Shown: one piece after another, positions 40,164 through 47,398 of the stretch
Layout: the number at the start of each line of letters is the position of its first letter
Position numbering within the stretch: the stretch's first letter is position 1
DNA from: Flavobacteriales bacterium
Lineage (GTDB): Bacteria > Bacteroidota > Bacteroidia > Flavobacteriales_D > Parvicellaceae
NCBI GenBank assembly: GCA_029251405.1
Contig: JAQXDK010000044.1
Coordinates: 5,118 to 69,117, forward strand
DNA: 64,000 nt
Direction: 5' to 3'
Notes under the pieces: generated by a model
Told to the model about the DNA's origin: nothing
What the model saw: only the letters and a program-made list of their open reading frames with translations
The model's database searches: none
Translations under genes and position numbers: made by a program

Positions 40164-40463
40164 GTGTTATTTCTTTCACTAATGCTACTTTTTTTATCTA
40201 ATTACACCTATAAAATTTACAATTCTTACTTAGATATATTAGGAAACGATAAAGTAGAATTAATTAGTGAAATTGAAAGTGAAAACACCAAAGAAACTGA
40301 GAAAAATGAAAAGGAATCTGAGCTTGAAGACGCAGATGAATATTTTTTTAACTCTCTAGAAATCTCCACATATTTATTCAATAACAGATTTAATGAAAAT
40401 TCTGTTAATTTCAATTTACTTTCATTTTTTTGTGAGGTTGACTCACCACCTCCAATTAGTTAA
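40164..40463 (+). CDS. Hypothetical small membrane-anchored acidic protein
   Basis: A 99-codon ORF is unlikely by chance at this AT content. One N-terminal hydrophobic helix, then an E/D-rich tract (ESENTKETEKNEKESELEDADE), ending ...VDSPPPIS. GTG 40164 or ATG 40182 start. No recognisable family. Confidence 0.4.
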   Translation: MLFLSLMLLFLSNYTYKIYNSYLDILGNDKVELISEIESENTKETEKNEKESELEDADEYFFNSLEISTYLFNNRFNENSVNFNLLSFFCEVDSPPPIS

Positions 40464-40533
40464 TTTTCTTAACTATACTTTCATCTTTACTAAGAATTAA
40501 TTAACTGTTGGACTTACAACGCAAAAAATAAAT

Positions 40534-42156
40534 ATGTTTAAAAAATTTAACTTTTCTACTTTAAAAAACGACTTGCCAGCTGGATTGGTGGTATGGTTAG
40601 TCGCATTACCATTATGTTTAGGAATTGGTCAGGGATCTATACCTGTACCCGAAATGATTGACGGTTCCCTTCAAACAATCAAAGATCTAAAATTTATGAC
40701 TCCATTTTCTGGAATAATTGCAGGTATTATAGGAGGAATTATTGTGACTATTTTTAGTGGTTCAAAGTTCGGTGTAAGCGGGCCAGCTGCAGGTTTAATG
40801 TCGATTGTCTTAATTGCTGTTCCTGAAATTGGCTTTAGAGGTTTTTTATTAGCTGTTGTTTTATCTGGAGTTATACAATTTCTTCTTGGATTATTCAGAT
40901 TGGGTATAGTTGGTTATTTCATACCTACGTCTGTTATACATGGTATGTTAGCATCTATTGGAATAACTTTAATTTTAAAGCAAATTCCTCACGCTTTAGG
41001 GGTAGATAATGAACCTGAAGGTGAATTAGCATTTCAACAAGTAGATGGTGAAAATACTTTTTCAGAAATATTACTAAGTCTTGATAATTTAGCAATTGGT
41101 GCCTTTATAATCTTTTTAATATCAATGATTATTTTACTTGTTTGGGAGTTGCCAATTGTTAAAAAAAATGACAAATTAAAATTATTTCCGGTATCTCTTT
41201 TGGTTGTAGTTATAGGTGCTGTACTAAATCAATTATTTGGCTCAGTCGGAGGCGACTTTAGTGATATGACTTTTTTGGGATCTTCACATTTGGTCAACTT
41301 ACCTGATGCTTTGTCTAATGGTGACTATCAAAATCTAATTGTAACTCCTGATTTTTCTATGGAAGCATTTGCCAATAAGGATATCTATATTTATGCCATT
41401 ACTATTGCAATAGTTGCTAGTATTGAAACATTGCTTTGTTTAGAAGCAACTGATAAATTAGATCCTGATAAAAATATATCTCCTACAAATAAAGAGTTAA
41501 AAGCCCAAGGAATTGGAAATTTTTTATCTGGATTAATTGGCGGTTTGCCAGTTACGATGGTTATTGTGAGAAGTTCTGCTAATATAAATGCATATGCTAA
41601 AACAAAAATGTCTGCCTTTTATCATGGTGTTTTTCTACTCGGTAGTGTCTTTATTTTTCCAACTTTATTAGAGTTAATTCCTCTTTCTTCTTTAGCAGCT
41701 ATTTTAGTTTTAATAGGCTTTAAGCTGGTTAAAATAAAAAATATAATCAAGCTTTTTAAAACAGACTGGGAAAATGGATTAGTTATAGTTATCACAATTA
41801 TAGCAGTCTTAAGTACCGATTTATTGTCTGGTGTTGGGATCGGTTTTATAATTGCAATGTTTTTCTTATTAAGAAAGAATTATGAATTAGCTTTTATTTC
41901 CCATACAGATGAAGAAAAGAATAAAACAGTTATTTCTTTTGCTCAAATTGTTTCTTTCTTAAATAAAGGTGCACTAATGACTACGCTTCAAAACATTCCA
42001 GATGGTGGCTCTGTAAAAATAAGTGCTAAAAAATGTCATACAATGAGTAAAGAGATTCAAGAAGTTATTAAAGATTTTAGAGACATTAATAGTAAAAAGA
42101 AAAATATAAGTTTAGATCTAATAGGATTTGAAAAATTTTTTACTGAGGAAAATTAA
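40534..42156 (+). CDS. SulP-family anion transporter with C-terminal STAS domain
   Basis: Multi-TM core with typical SulP N-terminus (LKNDL.AGLVVWLVALPLCLGI) and a soluble STAS-like C-terminal domain of about 100 aa. Confidence 0.9.
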   Translation: MFKKFNFSTLKNDLPAGLVVWLVALPLCLGIGQGSIPVPEMIDGSLQTIKDLKFMTPFSGIIAGIIGGIIVTIFSGSKFGVSGPAAGLMSIVLIAVPEIGFRGFLLAVVLSGVIQFLLGLFRLGIVGYFIPTSVIHGMLASIGITLILKQIPHALGVDNEPEGELAFQQVDGENTFSEILLSLDNLAIGAFIIFLISMIILLVWELPIVKKNDKLKLFPVSLLVVVIGAVLNQLFGSVGGDFSDMTFLGSSHLVNLPDALSNGDYQNLIVTPDFSMEAFANKDIYIYAITIAIVASIETLLCLEATDKLDPDKNISPTNKELKAQGIGNFLSGLIGGLPVTMVIVRSSANINAYAKTKMSAFYHGVFLLGSVFIFPTLLELIPLSSLAAILVLIGFKLVKIKNIIKLFKTDWENGLVIVITIIAVLSTDLLSGVGIGFIIAMFFLLRKNYELAFISHTDEEKNKTVISFAQIVSFLNKGALMTTLQNIPDGGSVKISAKKCHTMSKEIQEVIKDFRDINSKKKNISLDLIGFEKFFTEEN

Positions 42157-43184
42157 AACACAATTGACTTAGGTATAATTCCAGTTGCTATTTCTTCTTT
42201 TAAATTTCCTGAGCTGTCGATTACGTATAAAATGCCATTTTGTACGTAATCTTTTGCATCCGTAATATATAGATCGTTGTTGTAAGGATTAATTTTTAAA
42301 TTATAAAAATTATTGGAGTTGTTTGACCATATTTTTGTAGCTAGGGTGTCATCTAAATTTCTAATTCTATATATGTGTTTATTTATAAAATAGACCTGGT
42401 TGGTTTGATTGTCAATGTCAATAGAAGTGGCATAGCTTTGGTTGTTCTCTAAATTAAACGATTTAAAGACCACATCATTTTCGGTTTCAATAATAGAAAT
42501 ACTAGAAAACTCATTATTAGAATTATCACCTTGGCACAATACCCAAAGATTTCCTCTTGAATCTTCTTTCATAGAGCTGGGGTTTTTTCCTGTTTGAATA
42601 CTGTCAATAATAATATCAGATACAGAATTAATTACATATACTTGGTTATTGGCAACATTACAAACGTATGCCTTTCCATTTTTAATAATTAAGTCTTCAC
42701 ACCAACCGTTTACACTTATCTTACTTGTAGTTTGGTCATAGTTGTTGTAAACGGAAATTTCATCAGCGTACAAATCTGTGATATAGAATTTTGAGTTATC
42801 TACTTTTGCTATTTTCCTTGGCGATGTAAGATTTTTAATTTCCATTTTCTTTTCAAGATTCTTATCATCTATAACTATGATTTTCCCAGAATTATTCACT
42901 ACCAGATAAAGTAAGTGATCTGAGTGATAAATACTGTGTAAAACATCTCCAATAGGTTCTTGATTGATCGATTGATATATGTTATTCAATACTTGTTTTG
43001 AATTTTCATTGTAAGAAGATAGTGATGCATTTCCGTTTTGAAAGTTACCTTCGTTTCCTATTAATACAAGTCCATTCCCATTTAAAGTAACATTGGTAAT
43101 GATTTCATCTGGATTTAATTTTATACATGAATACGTTGCAATAATTAAAAAACTAATGATTATAGAGTTTAATTTTTTCATCAT
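42153..43184 (-). CDS. Surface lipoprotein, YncE-like beta-propeller (candidate BtuG-like B12-capture protein)
   Basis: Lipobox IIATYSC. Repeated blade-like segments (LYLVVNNSGKIIVID, FYITDLYADEISVY, AYVCNVANNQVYVI, LWVLCQGD, VYFINKHIYRI, LYITDAKDYVQNGILYVID). Last gene of the riboswitch-controlled operon. Confidence 0.6.
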   Translation of the reverse strand: MMKKLNSIIISFLIIATYSCIKLNPDEIITNVTLNGNGLVLIGNEGNFQNGNASLSSYNENSKQVLNNIYQSINQEPIGDVLHSIYHSDHLLYLVVNNSGKIIVIDDKNLEKKMEIKNLTSPRKIAKVDNSKFYITDLYADEISVYNNYDQTTSKISVNGWCEDLIIKNGKAYVCNVANNQVYVINSVSDIIIDSIQTGKNPSSMKEDSRGNLWVLCQGDNSNNEFSSISIIETENDVVFKSFNLENNQSYATSIDIDNQTNQVYFINKHIYRIRNLDDTLATKIWSNNSNNFYNLKINPYNNDLYITDAKDYVQNGILYVIDSSGNLKEEIATGIIPKSIVF

Positions 43185-44173
43185 TTTAAAAATATTTTTT
43201 GTGAAAAATTCTGTGATTTTGAATGGATATTAAATAAATAAATTCCAGCACTTAAAGATTCAATATTTAGTTTGTGTTTTGATTGATGAGCTCCGTTTTC
43301 AATATTTTTGTTATATATAATTTCCCCAGTTAAATCTATGATGGAGATGTTAATTTTATTAATCGAAATATTATTGATTGAAAATTCAATGTAGTTATTA
43401 AAGACGCTTATTTTTTCAATTAATACCTGATTATCTACTTTCAATGGTTGTTCATGAATTACCCCAACCGCATCCAAATCAAAACCTGAAGAGGGGAAGG
43501 GTGTCGGAAAAGGATCGTTAATTAAATTACCTAGATGGTCGATGGTACCATAATTAGGATCAATAGAACCGACAACATCGATTATTTTTATGTGTGTTAT
43601 ATTATCTATATCTAAACCTGGCTCTAAATTCAATTCTTCTAAATCAAAAGGAGTACCATAATTTACTCTGTACTTTCCAGCTAGGTTATTAATTTTTTCA
43701 GCATCAACACTTCCAAATGCATCAATTTGTATGCTGTCTTGAGTCAAAGAAGTTGCCTCAAACCTGTAGTAATCTAATCCGTTACTACTCACTTCTACAA
43801 ATGCTAATTCTAGATAGGTATCGCTGAATGAATTTTCGAAAATTGCAAAATCCCAGCCATTTTCGTTTTTAATTGGTCTTTCAAAAGTAAGTATTGCATG
43901 TCCTCCATCTCCAAGGCTCATAATTCCGTTTCCAGGAGCCCCAGCAGCTAAAGAACTGTCACCAGCACTAGCTGTAATCGATTGGGGGTTAGAAATGTCT
44001 TCTAAACCAATATTAGCTGAGCAGCTTACAGCCCAATTTATAAAAACACTGCTATCCTTATGGATAGCAGTTGAGCCTTGCACTCCAGTAGCAGGTGCAA
44101 ATTGGGATTTTACTGTTAATAAGAATAGTAAATTAAATAATAGAATTAATTTATAATTTAAAAATACTTTCAT
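43181..44173 (-). CDS. Secreted protein of unknown function with T9SS C-terminal sorting domain (B12 operon member)
   Basis: Start set at ATG 44173 (MKVFLNYKLILLFNLLFLLTVKSQ). Conserved-looking core GWDFAIFENSF...LAFVEVSSNG..YYRF. C-terminal ...SAGIYLFNIHSKSQNFSQKIFLK is a T9SS CTD. Confidence 0.6.
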   Translation of the reverse strand: MKVFLNYKLILLFNLLFLLTVKSQFAPATGVQGSTAIHKDSSVFINWAVSCSANIGLEDISNPQSITASAGDSSLAAGAPGNGIMSLGDGGHAILTFERPIKNENGWDFAIFENSFSDTYLELAFVEVSSNGLDYYRFEATSLTQDSIQIDAFGSVDAEKINNLAGKYRVNYGTPFDLEELNLEPGLDIDNITHIKIIDVVGSIDPNYGTIDHLGNLINDPFPTPFPSSGFDLDAVGVIHEQPLKVDNQVLIEKISVFNNYIEFSINNISINKINISIIDLTGEIIYNKNIENGAHQSKHKLNIESLSAGIYLFNIHSKSQNFSQKIFLK

Positions 44174-45128
44174 TAATAATACCATCTTTAGATTCAAATT
44201 TCAAAATATACTGACCGTTAGGAAGATTGGAGATGTTTAATTGTTTGGTGTTCATTTGTTTTTCCAATATTTCTTCTCCTAAAATATTAAATAACGTGAC
44301 GGAATAATTAATTTCATTGTTAGTTTTAATAAAAAGAAATTCCGAAGATGGGTTGGGATAGATCTCTAAATCATATTCAGAAATATGATTATTTGATAGA
44401 GGATAATTCCCCACATTATCTATACAAAAATAGGCAGGGGTATTCATGCCAAATTGACCAACATCGCTTGAAGTTAACTTAAATTGAACACTGTCATAAA
44501 TATTTGGTCCTAATTCTATATATTGCCAGTCAGTCACTATATAATCCAAAGAACTGTCCGCATGAGTGAAATCTGCCAGGTAAAATTCTGTACTGTCGAT
44601 TAAAGTTCCGTTTGAATAACCGTAAATATGTATCTTAAAAAAATCTTGATCAACATTTGTGAACTTTTTAGCAAACGCATCACCATCCCTCATACTATTA
44701 GCAGCATAGGTAGAGTTGGATATGTTTACACTAAAGTTTTCTGGGTTATTGAGAACAACGGTTGAATTATTAGTTCCTACAGCATAATTAGCACCTCCAA
44801 TTCCATGTCCTCCTCCAGCTTTTGAACTGAATAGATTACCTGATCCTGACGTACTACTATCTGTTATATTAGAATAACTCCATCCAGTAGACCAATATCC
44901 GAAAACTGCACCGTAGGTAGTGTCGTAAGTATTAGAGAACTGATAGTCTCCAGCGTTAAAAGTACTATTAAACATTAAGTTATTATGCTGTCCTGATAGA
45001 TCTGATCCGTCCCAGTAAGATTCGGGTGTTAAATTTAGGTTCTCAAAATCAGCTACATTAATTTGAGCATAGAAATTTGTTAAAAATAAAGAAAAGATTA
45101 GAGTTGTAGAGTAGTAAAGTTTTTTCAT
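44151..45128 (-). CDS. DUF4465-like (BtuH-like) protein with T9SS C-terminal sorting domain
   Basis: N-terminus after the signal reads VADFENLNLTPESYWDGSDLSG, matching the remembered DUF4465 opening (FEDL.L...SYWNGSD). C-terminal IYPNPSSEFLFIKT...GQYILKFESKDGIINESIFKL is a T9SS CTD. Confidence 0.6.
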   Translation of the reverse strand: MKKLYYSTTLIFSLFLTNFYAQINVADFENLNLTPESYWDGSDLSGQHNNLMFNSTFNAGDYQFSNTYDTTYGAVFGYWSTGWSYSNITDSSTSGSGNLFSSKAGGGHGIGGANYAVGTNNSTVVLNNPENFSVNISNSTYAANSMRDGDAFAKKFTNVDQDFFKIHIYGYSNGTLIDSTEFYLADFTHADSSLDYIVTDWQYIELGPNIYDSVQFKLTSSDVGQFGMNTPAYFCIDNVGNYPLSNNHISEYDLEIYPNPSSEFLFIKTNNEINYSVTLFNILGEEILEKQMNTKQLNISNLPNGQYILKFESKDGIINESIFKL

Positions 45129-45133
45129 TGTTT

Positions 45134-47026
45134 TTATTTATTTAATTTAAGATTAAAGCCTATTTCGTGGTTAACCATGGGCATAGGCCTGTTAATTATT
45201 AATTGATAATTAATGTTGTATACATTATTAACCTTGTAAAATATTTTAGCAGTATTTTTATTTAATTGAACATTGTAGGTAACATAGATATTCCCCAGAT
45301 GAAAGGCTGGTAAATAATGGTTGTTGTCATTAGAGGTATATCTATATCCTGTGTAGTTGTGTATGTATGTTAAACTAATATTTTTATTAGTGTATTTAAA
45401 TTTGAAAATAAATTTATAATGTGGTGCATAGATAAGCTGTTTGTTTAAGATATCATTGTTGTAATTGTAGAAATCTGTATTGGTACTTATATTGTAAGCT
45501 GTTTTAGCAGTTAACAAAATATTTCCTTTTACTAACTGATGAGATAATTTAACAGAAGTTTCTAGTCCTCGATTCCATACACTTTTAACATTCATTGGAG
45601 ACCAAAAACCATCTCCTGGTTGCCATAATATCCAATTGTTTATCCATCTAGAGTAAACAGTAGGTTCAAAACTTAGTTTAATGTTGTTTTTAGAATATTT
45701 CCAAATGACACCTATGTCAGAGCTCCAGCCACTTTCAGGTTTCAAATTAAGATTTCCACCTGGATTCCAGTAAAGATCATTTATAGTTGGGAATCTATAC
45801 ACTTTCCCAAAATTTAAATACAAGTCTGTTCTTTTAAATATTTTTTTATTAAGTGAATAAGAGAAAGTCAATGGAGATAGATAGTTTTCGTCCAGCAACA
45901 CTCTAGAATTAAATAAATGATTCCAACTAGTATCGGATTTTTTTATTTTATAACTACTAGTTAAAGAGAGTCTGTTAACTTGAATCTTATCTAGATAATT
46001 ATTACCGTTAGTTTTCGCAATTAAATTTGTAAGGTTGATTTTTAAATGGTTAAAATCGTTGTATGTTTTTGAGAAAATAAGTTGATTAAGTAAGGTGTTG
46101 CAAGGGTTTGCGCTGTTGATAAATCGAAGTGAATCATTATAAGTATTAAATTCTCTGTAAAAAGCAGTTTTTAATTGTAAAAAATAATTTTTAAAAGGTT
46201 GCTTGAAGGATACAAAAATCCGATGATTTTCATCGTTCTGGACGGCATTTGACATAGATTCTAAAATAGTTTTAGGCACCTTTCTTTCTAATAATTGTCC
46301 TAAATATGTGATGTCAACTGCAATTTTTGAAAGTTGAATTTTTGAATCAATCATACATGCTATTTGATTTGTTGACGAATTTTCTTGACGTTTAAACTCA
46401 TCGTTGAAATCGAGATATCTAAAATTATTTTCAGCTTTTTGGCTAAAAAACTTTAAAGAAGTGCTTATTTTATTTCCTTTTAAATTAAATTTTATATAAT
46501 TGGTTTTTTGTTGGAATGAACCGTAACTACTGCCTGCTTCTAAAGAAGAAGTGTTGTTGCTATTTCCCTCTAGACATATTGCACCAGATAACCCACCATT
46601 TCCCCAACTAGAGCTTGGTAAACCGTATGTGAGGTTTACAGAATTGAAAAAAACTGAGGGAATCATAGATAAATCAACTAAACCATTTAGAGGATTATTT
46701 AAAAGAAAGTCGTTGTAAACAAGAGAAGTTTGTTGAGAATTACCTCCTCTAATAGAAATGCTACTTAAATTTCCTGGGCTGTAGGATTTTATATAATTTG
46801 TAGTTTCTCCTTCGATAATTGAAGAAATTGATTCACTGGTTCTTTCATCTTCTAAAATTAGATTTTTATCGGACTTTAAAAAATCATCGTTTAATAAGAA
46901 TCTCGACGTTGATTTTTCAAATGTTTTCAATTTTTTAACAGAGTCCATATTCTGTGAGAGATAACAACCATGTGTAAAAAATAGTACCAATACGATAATT
47001 AAGTATTTCATAACTTGCTTTATCAT
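45134..47026 (-). CDS. btuB: TonB-dependent receptor, BtuB-like (cobalamin riboswitch-controlled)
   Basis: 630-aa TBDR (plug SPGNLSSISIRGGNSQQTSLVYNDFLLNNP, beta-barrel) directly downstream of a cobalamin riboswitch on the same strand. Confidence 0.75.
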   Translation of the reverse strand: MIKQVMKYLIIVLVLFFTHGCYLSQNMDSVKKLKTFEKSTSRFLLNDDFLKSDKNLILEDERTSESISSIIEGETTNYIKSYSPGNLSSISIRGGNSQQTSLVYNDFLLNNPLNGLVDLSMIPSVFFNSVNLTYGLPSSSWGNGGLSGAICLEGNSNNTSSLEAGSSYGSFQQKTNYIKFNLKGNKISTSLKFFSQKAENNFRYLDFNDEFKRQENSSTNQIACMIDSKIQLSKIAVDITYLGQLLERKVPKTILESMSNAVQNDENHRIFVSFKQPFKNYFLQLKTAFYREFNTYNDSLRFINSANPCNTLLNQLIFSKTYNDFNHLKINLTNLIAKTNGNNYLDKIQVNRLSLTSSYKIKKSDTSWNHLFNSRVLLDENYLSPLTFSYSLNKKIFKRTDLYLNFGKVYRFPTINDLYWNPGGNLNLKPESGWSSDIGVIWKYSKNNIKLSFEPTVYSRWINNWILWQPGDGFWSPMNVKSVWNRGLETSVKLSHQLVKGNILLTAKTAYNISTNTDFYNYNNDILNKQLIYAPHYKFIFKFKYTNKNISLTYIHNYTGYRYTSNDNNHYLPAFHLGNIYVTYNVQLNKNTAKIFYKVNNVYNINYQLIINRPMPMVNHEIGFNLKLNK

Positions 47027-47090
47027 TTTGTATAACGTGGAAAGAAAAGGGGGTAGGTAAGGAAATGTTTGAAAATTCCTTAAACTACTA

Positions 47091-47275
47091 TCTAAAATTT
47101 AAAAGCTTCAATCCACGAAAGCTAACAGTTACTTATTGTGGCAGGTCTCCTGACTTGTTGAAATCTTATTACCTTCCCGTATTTAAAACAGTGGCATAAA
47201 AATAAGATCTTACTCAACTTACAGTTGCGGGACAGTTAATGATTTACACATTATTCCCTATTAATCTTGCGTATT
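47091..47275 (-). promoter_or_regulatory. Cobalamin (B12) riboswitch with candidate terminator expression platform
   Basis: Minus-strand RNA contains, in the canonical order: AAUAGGGAAUAAUGUGUAAAUCAUUAACUGUCCCGCAACUGUAAG, AUGCCACUG (47189-47195), CGGGAAGG, and the B12 box AGUCAGGAGACCUGCC (47140-47155). These are followed by the hairpin AGCUUU-CGUGGAUU-GAAGCU plus UUUUAAAUUUU. Confidence 0.9.
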
Positions 47276-47313
47276 GCAAAAACCAAAACAAGTGATAGTA
47301 AAATGAACTATTA

Positions 47314-47321
47314 CAAAGTTA
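47314..47321 (-). promoter_or_regulatory. -7 promoter box upstream of the riboswitch
   Basis: Minus strand reads TAACTTTG (TAnnTTTG), about 40 nt upstream of the riboswitch core. Confidence 0.4.
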
Positions 47322-47398
47322 ATATTAAATGAATACAAAGAACAAATTATTATTTTAAACACCCTAGTAAGTGATGATTTTATAATTATTTTTGCCCC

